A stretch of 64,000 bases of DNA from Flectonema sp. DT1601 (GCA_964019425.1 OZ025780.1:1426001-1490000); one strand, 5' to 3'; shown: positions 25,278 to 37,345, counted from the stretch's first letter. Notes: generated by a model not told the origin, from the sequence alone. Translations and numbers: made by a program.

Positions 25278-27548
25278 TTAAAAATAAATCGCTTCAAGAC
25301 TTCTTGATATCCTTTGAGACTGATGCCGCATGGGTTTTCTTTTTGGTCTTTCCATATTTGGAGTAGATAGCGGTGAGGAAGTTGAAGCAGTTGTAATAAC
25401 GCTGGTCCCAAGAAGATCACGTCGGACACGAAAACTCTTTGGAGGTATTTGTTCTATAAGTTCAACAGAGAGGCCTGACTCAGACGCTGACGACGAATCG
25501 AACATTTGTTCGTAATCACGTTCTCGTTGACGCTTTGAAGTACTTACAAAAGTCATAAGTTCTGATTTAGCAGTATCGATGCGACGTGTCAAATCGACTT
25601 CTTTCTTGCTAGTTGGAGTTTCTTCACTCATCCGAGTAAGGTCTTCGAGATCGATGTCAATAAAAAGAGATGGCTCTGAAGTACTAACAGAACAATAATG
25701 TTCCAAAGGTCGATATGGTTCTCTAGCAACATCTGTCGGTTCATCACTAAAGCTGTCATTACTGTAGAGGTCGTGTTTCATAATCACAGGAGGTTCTTCC
25801 ATTACCTTTTCTAACTTTTGTAATTGTTTTCTTGTCCTCGTCGCATAGTTTGATGCTGCCGCTGCTTCCTGACGCTTCAAAATGTTCATTTCGTGTTCAG
25901 TTTTTTCAGCCTCTCGTTTGTCCTCCGTTTTTGTTGACTTTCTAAGTTTCCAACCAATAAATGTCAGTAATCCCGCACAACAGATTACAACAACTATCAC
26001 AACAACTACAACGATGAGGAATAGTTGGGTTCCCTCGTCAGCGTCGCTGGCATCATCGGCTTCCGGAAGGCAGAGATTGTTTGAAGGAAACCAAAGACAG
26101 CCTGGCTGTCCTTCACATTCAACGCGTGATGTACCTGTTGCAGATGATCTGCAGTTCGGTACATCGACACACTTTCCTTTTTTCAGTTTACATTCTGAGA
26201 GTTTCTCACACGTAGAAGTCGTTCTCGCAGCGCAGTCAACCGGAACACACCCCTGAAGTCCAGCATCCCATCCGCATGCCAGTTCTTTGGTGCATTCCTC
26301 AAGTACAAGTTTTGGGCAATCAGCTGGTGTAGGAGGAGCTGAAGTATACGAACCTGGATGAGGTTGAGGAGTGATAAATCTACTCGGAGCAACAGTTTTA
26401 TTAGAAGGTGTACCTGTTGGAGGGAAGAACGGAACATCAGTTGGTACCGCTGTTGGTACCACAGGGACTGATGACGGTGCACTTGAAATGGGTTCCGAAG
26501 TTGGTATCGCTGTTGGAACAGTTGTCGGAACTGCTGTTGGAGGAATAGGTGGTGGTATCCAAAGTACTGGTCCAAGTCCAGGTCCGTCAAGCATCCCAGA
26601 CTCTGCTTCAAAGATCTCAGTTGCAGTTGGAGGAGATGTCGATAAATTGATAACCGATAAAGTGTTACTAAACATACTTGAATGAGACCCAGATACCCAT
26701 CCACTATTTGTCAAAGCTATTAAGGTATCAGGGATATCCATTACTGCTGTCATACTCTTTTGTAAAACACCCAACTCGAATGTCGTAATCGACGGTACTA
26801 TTGGAGACAAGTCCCAGATTTGTGATATCACACCTGAACTTAATCGATATAAAGAAGTTGTATCATAATCAGTCCTCAGTAGTAGCAGGTCACTACCTGT
26901 AGAAATCATGTCACATATAAAACCATTGCTGGGATCAAAGCTTGTCGCCACTGGCTTTAGAGTACTAGTGCCAGCCGTGTACAGTCCTCCATCATTATTT
27001 AAACTGATATAGACTTCTCCATCGTGAGTCGCAATGGCATTACCATCTGGTAGCTTAGTACTAATCATTTTTCCAGGACCTCCAGCAGCACGTTCAGAAC
27101 CAGTGAATGGATATGTGTATTTTATTGAACTTACTTTAACACCAAAATATTGAGCGAAGTACTCAGCAATATAAAGAGTAGAGGTGGTCTCATCGATGGT
27201 ACATTGGTACATCTCTCCAGTTGTTGAAGTGAGTTCCTTTATAACGAAAGGTTTACTTTTATCACTCATGTCAATATATTTAATTCCGTGCCAAATTGTT
27301 ATCGGATCGTTGTAGGTAAAGAACAGAACGCTAATTTGAGAATCGTAACAAACACCTCCAACAGTTGGAGCAAATGCCGTTGAATCATAAACTCTATCAA
27401 ATGCAACTAAAGTTTTCAAACCTGTTCCGTTCACAAAGACTGAGTGCAACCCTTCCTTTGAAAAAAATAAAACCTCCCCCTGGCTAGTCACATTATTCGC
27501 CAATATTGACGTGGCGGCAAGCAGCCATAATAAGATTCTTATATTCAT
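25278..27548 (-). CDS. Type I membrane/surface protein: beta-rich (propeller-like) ectodomain, Pro/Thr-rich stalk, Cys-rich repeats, TM, disordered tail
   Basis: 756-aa ORF with signal peptide, PTAVPTTVPTAIPT repeats, three C-x-C...C.W..C units and TM LFLIVVVVVIVVVICCAGLLTFIGW. Confidence 0.85.
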   Translation of the reverse strand: MNIRILLWLLAATSILANNVTSQGEVLFFSKEGLHSVFVNGTGLKTLVAFDRVYDSTAFAPTVGGVCYDSQISVLFFTYNDPITIWHGIKYIDMSDKSKPFVIKELTSTTGEMYQCTIDETTSTLYIAEYFAQYFGVKVSSIKYTYPFTGSERAAGGPGKMISTKLPDGNAIATHDGEVYISLNNDGGLYTAGTSTLKPVATSFDPSNGFICDMISTGSDLLLLRTDYDTTSLYRLSSGVISQIWDLSPIVPSITTFELGVLQKSMTAVMDIPDTLIALTNSGWVSGSHSSMFSNTLSVINLSTSPPTATEIFEAESGMLDGPGLGPVLWIPPPIPPTAVPTTVPTAIPTSEPISSAPSSVPVVPTAVPTDVPFFPPTGTPSNKTVAPSRFITPQPHPGSYTSAPPTPADCPKLVLEECTKELACGWDAGLQGCVPVDCAARTTSTCEKLSECKLKKGKCVDVPNCRSSATGTSRVECEGQPGCLWFPSNNLCLPEADDASDADEGTQLFLIVVVVVIVVVICCAGLLTFIGWKLRKSTKTEDKREAEKTEHEMNILKRQEAAAASNYATRTRKQLQKLEKVMEEPPVIMKHDLYSNDSFSDEPTDVAREPYRPLEHYCSVSTSEPSLFIDIDLEDLTRMSEETPTSKKEVDLTRRIDTAKSELMTFVSTSKRQRERDYEQMFDSSSASESGLSVELIEQIPPKSFRVRRDLLGTSVITTASTSSPLSTPNMERPKRKPMRHQSQRISRSLEAIYF

Positions 27549-28300
27549 TGTTGTGATACCATGTTCTATTGTTTAAAAAAATAATGAAATAATTAACTTA
27601 AAAAATAACATTAATAATCTTTTTACACGTAGGAAGTCACTACCACAATGGATGCCTCTTCTAATTGTTTGGTATCTACTTGTGGTATTTCGATCATTCA
27701 CAAGGCCAGTGCAGAAACACCGAACTCATAAGAATTATGTTTTTAAAAAACTAAAAAAAAAATGTTCGATATCAGGAATCAAACTTGTTCATATTTCAAA
27801 AAAAAAAAAAAAATATCAATAATTCTACTCTACCCTAGATAACTGTTCACTAATGGGATTTTGAGCGTTTTTCAAAATGCAAAAAAAAAAACAGCAGTTT
27901 TGCTAAGTAACTTGTTTTTTTTATTGTAGCGACGGTAAAGTTAATTACTGCAGCAGCGTCAACCAACTCCGTTCAGTTTTCCCTACAAAGAAAGTAAACC
28001 TTTGAAGGTACGGTGTTTTATGAGTTTGAAAAAAATAAGCAAAAACAAAAAGGGCCAGAAAAGCCATGGGGAGAAAAAAAAACTAATTTTTGTTTTATCA
28101 GTAATTGACTGTGGCAGTATAATTAAATAGAATGGGATGACGTCTCAAACATGAAGCGAGACCAAAGGATTGTTAGGCCATGCTTTCACACCGTGGTTCG
28201 GTACTGAAGATCGCGTATCGAGTAAGATGTTACCCTTATGCTCACGATACCTGAGTTAATATGTAGCCGTTCCGGTCTCTCTAAAACGAGGGGAAGTGAA

Positions 28301-29164
28301 CTACGACGGTCCCTCTGTACCTGAAGCAAAAGTAGGCAACCAAAGAGAGTTGTAGTAAAGGTTTTTCGCATCTGTAAAGTGACGCAACCATCTTTGAAGA
28401 ATCCATTTCTCTCCAGACACGACTGGACACGCACCGTGTATAGAATACTTGTCTTCGGTCATGTCGGGGTTTAATGGAAAGAATAAAACAGCTCGTCCTT
28501 TCTTTGGTGCCACTTTAAAAACTGTATCAGATTCACAAAAAGGAGTCATATCAATCTGTTGATGAGAATTCCAATTTAGCTGAGGTAGTGAAGAAGTCTT
28601 TCGAGATACTCCTGGGAAAATAGTTTCTCCACCTTCAGTGACGTTATTAAGATATATAAGAAAAGTACCGTATCTACCAAGTGAGGGTATTGTATCTTTA
28701 TGTAATTGGTAGTAGTCACCAGGTCCGTAATGTGATAATTGAAGGTCTTCACCGTACTCTGTTGGAAGAAAAACATGTTCGTGAATTCTTTGTAACAATT
28801 TTGAAATCCTTTCGTCACTTCTTTCCATTTTCCTTCCAGTGTCTTGATATGATTGGGACTTTCTATAAGCTTGATCTAGTCGAGTTTTCGCTCCCTTTCC
28901 AGTGTACATTGTTGAATCTGAGAGCAGTGGAATACCAACTTTTATAATGTAATCACATTCCTCATCCGATAAAAAATCATCCAAAACATAAACTCTTGGA
29001 TTGCTTGCCGCAAGAAGTGCTGATTTTTCTGTTGCCTCGTCGTGTCTCATTGACTTAACTTTTTGTTCTAATGTGCGACGTTGTGCACGTAAGTCCTTTA
29101 ATTCATTACCCGAACAGTATATTATCCAACAGAGTACTAGTGTGATGTGATATATTGTATTCAT
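28301..29164 (-). CDS. Prolyl 4-hydroxylase alpha-like 2OG-Fe(II) dioxygenase
   Basis: NPRVYVLDDFLSDEECD; HxD motif (LHKDT); TFLIYLNNVTEGGETIFP; IHGACPVVSGEKW. Probable start MNTIYHITLVLC (signal peptide). Confidence 0.93.
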   Translation of the reverse strand: MNTIYHITLVLCWIIYCSGNELKDLRAQRRTLEQKVKSMRHDEATEKSALLAASNPRVYVLDDFLSDEECDYIIKVGIPLLSDSTMYTGKGAKTRLDQAYRKSQSYQDTGRKMERSDERISKLLQRIHEHVFLPTEYGEDLQLSHYGPGDYYQLHKDTIPSLGRYGTFLIYLNNVTEGGETIFPGVSRKTSSLPQLNWNSHQQIDMTPFCESDTVFKVAPKKGRAVLFFPLNPDMTEDKYSIHGACPVVSGEKWILQRWLRHFTDAKNLYYNSLWLPTFASGTEGPS

Positions 29165-29681
29165 GATTGTGTTGTTGCTGAGATGTGATTCATTTTTTTT
29201 TTTTTTTTTTTTTTTCAGATAACTTAAAACTACAATTAATAATAGTTGTGGTATCCAGAACAAAACAAAAACAACAACAACAAAAAAAGAAATGTGTTTT
29301 GCGCCCGCAAACCCAAACTGACATCAAACACAACTTCTTCCCAAATATGAGGTAATATAAGTCTGCAATAAGTGTTATTGGCACCCCCCAACTCTGAAAG
29401 AAATAAAATAATAATAAAAAACAAAACCATCAACTTGTAACGTAGCAAGTAGGCTGCAGCCAAAAAAAAAAAAATACTCAGTAGTCGATGCGTAGAGATT
29501 TTTTTTTTTCAAAGGATGGAAAAAAAGAAGGGGAAAAAAAACTATCAAAAAAAAAAAGAATGAATGAATGAAAAATACAGGCTTATGTTAATTAGTACGA
29601 GAAGGTACCATCGCTCGTAACTAACATACGAAAGTAAATCTTGAATAGTGTGAGAAAAGGTGTAGGTGTGTCTTCACAATT

Positions 29682-30998
29682 CTAATCGATTTTACGAACA
29701 GGTGTAGTAGTTATCGCACTGTGAAGAAGCCCTGAGATAGTGACAATTATCATAGCAACTTGAGCAAAGTGGAATGCACCCATAACTCCCAACGATTCAT
29801 AATTTAACATCAGGATCGTAACAGTTATGTTTACAGGAATTCGAAGTAATTGTGACAGTGACATGCGAGTTGAAGATGTCAATAGTTGATTTCTTGCAAG
29901 AGCAGCAGCTGGAAAATAGATTCCAGCAGCAACTTCGAACAAGACTGCTCCGAGCAATCGGATCCCAGTATTGGAACACATCAACGAAAATGATAAAAAT
30001 CCAAGGGTTGCCGCGACAGCTATTAATCTGAACGGCGACAACCCAAGCCTTTCTTTCATTAAATCAACCATTGAGCTTCCTATCATTGTAGCAGCCATTA
30101 GTGTCGCAAACACCTGACCGAATGGAACGCTATCATTCTCAGGTGTGATTTCTTCAATTGACCTTCCCCAATTCATAACAAATAAGTAAAGTGTTCCCTC
30201 AAAGAATACCTGAGTCAACATTAATAACAATAATCCTTTATCAGAAATAAGTAATTTCACCGAATCAAGCAGACTCTTTGTTCCCTCAGATGATGAATCA
30301 GACTTGGTGGTATCTTCAAACCAGAGAAAGATAACACAAAGAAGACCAATAAAAGACGGTACAGCCGACAGTTCGAATGGGGCTGTTGAGGTGTTGGTAG
30401 TTTCTGCTGCAAGACTTGCTAAGTGACCTGCGACAATAGCTCCAATCCCGTCAATAAAAAACAACCAACTCATGAAAGTTGATATCATAGTAGACGGCAA
30501 TCCTGCTGAACTAGCTTGATTAAAGAACCAAGTCTCTGGAACAGTATGCATCACAGCTGAAGCAGTTCCCCCAAGAATCCTACCAACAAGAAGAACATTA
30601 TAACTGTCGTATCTAACACTAATAGTTCCGAGTAGGAACATTATTGGACAGAGTAAACTACCCTTTCGTGGTCCTAGTTTTGATAAGAAACTACCAGACA
30701 CCATACCAAAGAATGTAGCACTTAGAAATCCTGCTAAAAACAGCATCGCTACATCTGCTTGTGACCCGACCTTCTCAAAATACATTTTGTGAAAATATGG
30801 TCCTTGCATCCAGTCACCCAGCTTAAAACATAAATATGCCACAGCATACTTCCATCTGATGCCATTTTTGTCTTCTCCACCTTCTCCTGGTGAGGCTGTT
30901 TTGCGTGTCAGCCACGAGATACTGCTGACGACACATAACATAGCGATGCATCCTTTTGAAGCCAACGCAAATATGTCTCCTGAAAACAATTCCTCCAT
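29682..30998 (-). CDS. MFS molybdate-anion transporter (MFSD5/MOT2/DUF791 family)
   Basis: Family motifs GDWMQGPY, LFLAGFLS, GRILGG, FEGTLYLFVMNW and PFGQVFATLMAATMIGSS; about 12 TM segments. Confidence 0.88.
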   Translation of the reverse strand: MEELFSGDIFALASKGCIAMLCVVSSISWLTRKTASPGEGGEDKNGIRWKYAVAYLCFKLGDWMQGPYFHKMYFEKVGSQADVAMLFLAGFLSATFFGMVSGSFLSKLGPRKGSLLCPIMFLLGTISVRYDSYNVLLVGRILGGTASAVMHTVPETWFFNQASSAGLPSTMISTFMSWLFFIDGIGAIVAGHLASLAAETTNTSTAPFELSAVPSFIGLLCVIFLWFEDTTKSDSSSEGTKSLLDSVKLLISDKGLLLLMLTQVFFEGTLYLFVMNWGRSIEEITPENDSVPFGQVFATLMAATMIGSSMVDLMKERLGLSPFRLIAVAATLGFLSFSLMCSNTGIRLLGAVLFEVAAGIYFPAAALARNQLLTSSTRMSLSQLLRIPVNITVTILMLNYESLGVMGAFHFAQVAMIIVTISGLLHSAITTTPVRKID

Positions 30999-31848
30999 CG
31001 TTGTGGAAAGTATGGCTGATGAAAATATAATAGTTAGAAATTGTAATACGGCGCGACTTACTTGTTACCGACCTCAGCAGTTGAAGATCTGAACTTAAAA
31101 AGGGCGAGTGAACAAGGAACAGCCCAAGCCTGTTTAAAAAGAATAAATATTTGCATAATTCAAACATTCACAAATCACATTGGGTGAGTATGGCCCCCGT
31201 TAACACACTTGGAATTATCAGCCGTGCTGGAAGCCAGTTGTAATTAAAAACAATAATAATAATAAACAGATTTCGGAAGACAGCCCCACCCCCAAAGTCC
31301 GATGGCGCTTCGTGTCTGGTTGTGGCTGTGTTTGGATTCTGTAACTGTCATTCACTTCTTTTTTAATTTTCATTTTTTTTTTTTTCTTTTTTTTTTTCGT
31401 TCTGTATTTCCACCGTGACAATCCATTGAACTGAACTGCGCGGTGATTTCATTTTTTGGTATCAAAAAACGTATTTCAGGGGAAAAGGGAATAAAATAAA
31501 ATAACAAACAATATTGAATACTGTCACCTATCTAACTCGGTGCAAGAATGTTGATTGCGAAGACAACAGTCTCACTCCCAGACAGTCAGAAGAGGAGAAC
31601 ATATAAACTGTCGTTGTTGCTTTGCTGTAGGCTGTGAGGTGTGCAAGATCACAGTTCTTTCGAGTTATTACTCTCTTTTGTTTTCATTTTTTTCATTTTT
31701 TTTTTCTTTTTTTTTTTTTATCTGTTTTAACAAGATTTCCTTCCTTGAACAGCGATTACCTCTTGCAAAACTTTCACCTAAAAAAAACAGCGAGGAGACC
31801 AATCGGAGCTAAAAATTGTTCTGAGCGGATGAATTACCTGAAATGGAA

Positions 31849-32910
31849 CTACAACCAATCTACAGGGTTCTCTAACACTTCGACAAGACGTTTTTGAGAT
31901 TCAGTCTTCGGTTTATACATGTAGGACCACTTTACAATTGGTGGAAGAGACATTAAGATGCTCTCAGTACGACCACCAACTTGAAGTCCGAATAGTGTTC
32001 CTCTGTCGTGGATGAGATTAAATTCAACATAACGACCTCTTCTGTGAAGCTGCCAATCCCGATCCTCTTCAGTAATAACGTCGTCTTTGTGTTTGTTTAT
32101 AATTTCTACAAAGGCTGGGAGAAAGGCACCACCCTGAGCCTTTGAAAACGCAAAGATTTCACTCCAATTTTTTGATGGCATGTAAGTCTTAAGTTTTGCT
32201 TCTTGTTCTTTCATAGCAGCATCTTCACCCATGTATAACAAGTTCGTAGAATCACCATTGAAATAATCATAAAACAGTCCACCAATTCCTCTGGATTCCC
32301 CACGATGTTTATTACGGAAATACTCATCAGCGTATCTCTTGAGTGGTTCGTATACTTCAGACATTGACGCAGTCGCACAGGCATCTTTGATCTTTTGATG
32401 AAATAATTTTGCATCATCCTCGTATAAGATCCAAGGAGTGAGATCCATACCTCCACCAAACCACCAGACGTTGTCCTGCTCAACTTCTGAAGAATCGAGT
32501 TTACCTGCTTCAAAGTAACGGTAGTTTAAATGAACAGTTGGACAGTGAGGATTACGAGGATGGATAACCATCGAGACTCCAGTGGCATAGAACTCTTGTC
32601 CTTCCAAGTGAGGATGTTTCTTTATAATTGTTGGGGGGAGACGATCCTTTCTCAGTTCACTCCAGTTGCAACCACCGCTTTCAAAAACCTTACCATCCTG
32701 AATCACTCTTGTTATACCCCTTCCAGATCCGTCTTCCTTCGTCCATTCGTCAACAATAAATTCTTTCTCTCCGTCCAGATCTCCTAATGTTTTGCAAATA
32801 TCATTCTGCAGGCCGAGGACGAATTCTCGAAACAATTCCCTCCTCTCATTCGGTGTTTTTCCAGTGTCTCCGACTTTCCATTGAAATCTCTCTGGCTGAA
32901 TGTCAGTCAT
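31849..32910 (-). CDS. hemF: Oxygen-dependent coproporphyrinogen III oxidase
   Basis: GVSMVIHPRNPHCPTVHLNYRYF, WWFGGGMDLTP, RGIGGLFYD, RRGRYVEFNLIHDRGTLFGL, RTESILMSLP. Confidence 0.97.
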   Translation of the reverse strand: MTDIQPERFQWKVGDTGKTPNERRELFREFVLGLQNDICKTLGDLDGEKEFIVDEWTKEDGSGRGITRVIQDGKVFESGGCNWSELRKDRLPPTIIKKHPHLEGQEFYATGVSMVIHPRNPHCPTVHLNYRYFEAGKLDSSEVEQDNVWWFGGGMDLTPWILYEDDAKLFHQKIKDACATASMSEVYEPLKRYADEYFRNKHRGESRGIGGLFYDYFNGDSTNLLYMGEDAAMKEQEAKLKTYMPSKNWSEIFAFSKAQGGAFLPAFVEIINKHKDDVITEEDRDWQLHRRGRYVEFNLIHDRGTLFGLQVGGRTESILMSLPPIVKWSYMYKPKTESQKRLVEVLENPVDWL

Positions 32911-33180
32911 GCTTGTGGAAAATAACCTTTAGAAGTGATTAGTAAGATTAATAAAGACAACCATTGCTTTAATTAATTAGCAACACGAACTTAAACAGTC
33001 AGTCTGCAGCTGCTGTATTGACCTGAGGAAAGCGTAAGAGGACATCCCTGCAGGTAGTTAAAAGCATTGTATTTCCTTCTTATCTCCTTTTTTTTTTTTT
33101 TTTTTTTTTTCTTCTTTTTTAATCCAGAAAGAGGAAAGGTTCCACCACCAACTAATGTTTCTGTGATTAATATTATTATT

Positions 33181-36100
33181 TTATACCCAAGTACAACACT
33201 TTGAAGGTTCTAATTTTGAGAAAGTATCTTTCAACTGTTCAAGGACTCTAACAAACTTCGGACGATATTCGTCAGAAGATTCTTCCATCCAGGTGTAGGC
33301 TTGCATCATTATCTTATCACTCATAAGAGAAAAATATGTTTTGAAAAGTTCTGAACATCCAGCTGGAGGTGAAATGATATTCTTAAGTACAGCCTCACGG
33401 AGTGTGACTAGACGACGAGGCTCGTTATAGTCTTCGCTGTACTTCTGTCCTTGCTTCGTGTTTATCCATTTTTCAGCCCCGGGTTCTCCAAAGTACGGAT
33501 CCGGTACCATAACCTGACTTTGAATTGCTAAAGCAACCTGATAGATTGAACTGTTACCTGGGTTCCATTTCATTCCTTCGTCATCACCATGCCATGTGTT
33601 TAGAAGCGATAGGCAGACTCTACCATCTTCATAAAGGTTTGGAGTCATTCTGATAGTACCTCCTCCAGTTGTTTTTATCAAACAACTAGGTGGACAATTA
33701 GGATAAGTCTCTGGACAGTAAATATCAAATACGAATAACCCAAATGCAAACGGCGTTCCTTCCGCACCACCAACCACAAGTCTGTGAAGATCAAATCTTG
33801 TCTCATCAGTGATGCAAAAGATTGACGCAGATGGATTTAATGGAAGGTCCTGCATTATTTTCTTATCTCTCATGAGTGCCTTCTTCTTCGAAGCGGAGAT
33901 ACTTCCGCCAATTTCACGCCAATATAGATGGTTTTTGTATCCGTCGTCAACTCCAAGATCTTCAACGCAATTAGTGAAATCTTCTAAAGTCTCAACAAAT
34001 ACTTCCTCGTCAATTAAAATAGAATCACTCGGAGGCAACCAAATACTTTCAGATTCAGGTCGTTGAACAGTTTCTTCGTCTCTATTGAGATTATCTATGA
34101 ATGTGTTTAATCCATTCTTGAATCGAATACCTCCCAATGCGGTTCTTTGAACGTCATCAAGAGCTTTTTGTAAAACTGAAAAATCACAATCATCGTGATT
34201 TAGGAATGCGATTTTAAATTCATTGTTGGCTTTTAAGAGGACGATTAAATTAACAATCACTTCTAAGATTCCAAAGTAGTCATAATTCAGGTCTCGGGGA
34301 TTGTGAATTGTTTGAAGCTCAACACATCTCTTTGAGTAGAGAATATTCATAAAATAAACAACAAAATGAGATGCAGCTTTGACAAAATTTTCGTTTTCAA
34401 GCGCTGGATAGATCGACTCTTGTTCAGTATCGTTCGTGGGATTGATAAGCATTTGTAATACCCGTAAAGTTCCCATCGCTCCCTTCATAAAACCAGCAGC
34501 TGATTGCCTCTGCTGAGATAATTTTTGTTTGTGTTGTTGTTGTTGCATTTGCGGCATTCGATTCCAGTCTGATGCATTGTTCATAATTTTTTCCAAATCA
34601 TTAACTTCAGTTAACCGAAGTAAAGAGTCATCTAAGCTATGAATAGAAGCCGTGATGATCGAACTCGAGAACTCCGAAACTAATAAATAATCACTCGATT
34701 TAAGATGACCAACAACAGTATCACGAAAGGTATCAATCAAAATAAGATTTTTAAAAACAGATAACGCGTGTTGTTTCGCACCCTCATAAATGTGTTCATC
34801 AGTCGTAATGTCGTACTCAGAGGCTCGTTTCATTCCTGTGAAAACATCGTATACCAATTCAGGTAATTGACATAAGATCCCCTTGTTAGAAACAACATGA
34901 TGCCATAATGACACTACAGAAACATGTCCCATACTCAGAGATGACGTGTCCCATGCATTTCCATATGTCATACCTGCATCTGATCTCGACCCCTGCATTG
35001 AATTAACAAGCATTAAAACACGTGCCTTAAATAGATGAGCTTGTCCAGGTTTGTTCGCCTCTGCCAAGGCCCATTCTAAGACACGTGTTGGGGAAAGATC
35101 ACTGGTTTCTAGGTATTCTTTATTAGTTTCACAGAGGTATAAGATCCAGTCAAGCGTGTTATTTAAATAGGACGATGGTAGGGATACAGGTCTGCCTCCA
35201 TTCATTATTTTTAATGTAAATTTTGTGATTCCTTCAACAACGACAGGAGCAAGTAAAGAAGCTTTATGAATATCAGTGATTACGGCTAATCGTTTTATTG
35301 GGTCTGGAATTTGACTTGAGATTTGTTCCCAATTTATGTGTTGTCCTGACATACCAGATTGAGAAACGAATGACTGAAGGCTTCGGTGATAGTGTTCACG
35401 AAGTTTTCTCAACAATCTCAACGAAGGAATCACAACATTGTGAACTGCCAAGAGTGATTGTCTAAAGATTTCAGTGCTAAAGTTTCCCCCATCATTATCA
35501 TCTAAAAGTTTTTCCAAATCAATTTTTTCCACACTAACAGGCATCACCAGTAAGAAGATTGACGTTGCAATTGAAATTAAGAATCGTTCCTTAGCAAAAT
35601 CGTGACCAATAAGAGACGGCATGGCATTAAAATCAGCTTTTCGTCTGTCGCTTGCGGAGGTAACGATAGAAGATAAAATAGAAATGACTCCGTCTTTGCA
35701 AGGTGTTTTTAATAGCCTAGTTAGAATTTTAGTAAGTGATTGAAGGACAATTTCAGAATTCTTTCTGGGAGCTGACAATACTGCTGAGGTATCTGACTCG
35801 CTAACAACAGGATACTTCGGAAGACCACGGAGAGCAACATCAGCATCAGCAACGTCTGGACATCTGGACAGAAATCCCAATCCAGTCTCACCTGCTACGA
35901 ACATGTTTGCCAACCACTCCCACTCCTTGACACTGGTTCCTAGTATGGTTGATAACAGGTTTATGTGACTAGGATTTCTGTTTGCTCCTCCCTTTATCAT
36001 AATACACTCGACAAGACAATGAACAACACTTTGATGAATATCAGTACTACTATTTGAAACTAGCAGACGAGATAAGCTAATTGGAGTACACTTTCCCAAA

Positions 36101-37030
36101 AAAGTCTCAATTTCACTGTCGGATGCTTCCAACATGAGAGGAAATAAGTGATTTTGAATAGCTGAAATAATGCTGTCTCGTTTTGGTGATAGAAGATTTT
36201 TTAAATTGAGATCGGAATTAATTCCGTAATGATCAATCCTACTACAGCAATCCATGAAATAATCAAAGGACTCGTGAGGAAGGAGAAGGAGTATTTCTTG
36301 GAAGTCTACAGCCCCAACAGATCCTTCATAGTTACTTAGTTCTTCAAGACCAGGTATTTCAGTGTAATCATCGTTTTGTTCAGACATGAATAAAGCTGTT
36401 GTGCTTGCTGGGGCTGATGAGATAGTTTCACCTTCACAAATAATTTTAAAAACGAATCTAACAATCCAGCCGATAATTTCAACGTCGGATTCTTGTGTTT
36501 GACTTTCTGCGATTCGAATAGTTGAAAGTTTTGTTTTGAAAATTTTTTTGAGAGATGTGTAATCAGAGGATTCTTTCAATGAGATTTCAACTCTTGAATT
36601 GTTTTCAGTTCCCGTGATCTTCAGTATTTGATCTTGTTTATGATCTCTCACTGGATGAAGTGTTGTAGACTCTTTTCGTTGTTGTTCCATTCTAGTGATT
36701 GCTTCTTCTCTTTGTTGTTGAATAGTTCTCGTTGTAACAGACGTTCGTGGTTGTGATGTTCTTGTCAATCGTTTTCTACACCATCCTAGACAATACCAAC
36801 TCGCTGTTATCCAAACGAGAGCCCAAAACACAATCGTGATCCAGATTTGTTGTATTCCAGATTCCAGTTCATATGCGACGTCGTTTACAAACTGTTCAGC
36901 ATCTGATGCTGTTTTTGGATCCATATTCTGACTGTCACCTGAATGGATGAGTTATTAAATAGTTGTTATTATATTAAATAAAAATGTTTTCTTTTTGTTA
37001 TTGTTGTCTCGACTCACCATCTCGCACCAT
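33181..37030 (-). CDS. Large membrane-anchored protein: TM + Ufd2/UBE4-core-like region + BIRC6/UBE2O-type ubiquitin-conjugating (UBC) domain; possible short first exon (intron 36939-37017)
   Basis: 1247-aa ORF 33181..36924. C-terminal GAEGTPFAFGLFVFDIYCP..YP..PP and PNLYEDGRVCLSLLNTW (catalytic Cys). N-terminal TM IWITIVFWALVWITASWYCL. An upstream ATG GTG CGA GAT G|gtgagt...cag|GT joins in frame (this exon is less certain). Confidence 0.88.
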
Positions 37031-37207
37031 AGAGTTGAATTATTTTCCTGTTGAGAAATTGATGATAAAAAAAATTAGAAAGATAAAATACAAAATACCT
37101 TCCTTAGGAAGACCTAGTCAACACCTACCTTGAAAGACAGACAGAAACGGATGAAAGTAGCACTCTGTTCTCGCTGTGTTTTTTATTTTGTCTTCTTTTT
37201 TTTTTTT

Positions 37208-37345
37208 GTACCTACAAACCCATTGTTCGGTAGAAAGAGAATTGTGGCAGCGTAACTACCTATTCCTTTATTAGGATTTTCTACCGGTTGCGCACAAACA
37301 AAATAAAAGTGTGAGTGAGTAAGTAAAAAAGTGAAGTTTGCCGAT
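37208..37345. repeat. Dispersed repeat, copy 1 (shared with 47878-47996)
   Basis: gtacctacaaacccattgtt(c/t)ggtagaaag...tttattagga...ggttgcgcacaaacaaaataaa...gtgaagtttgccgat occurs at both loci. Confidence 0.9.
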
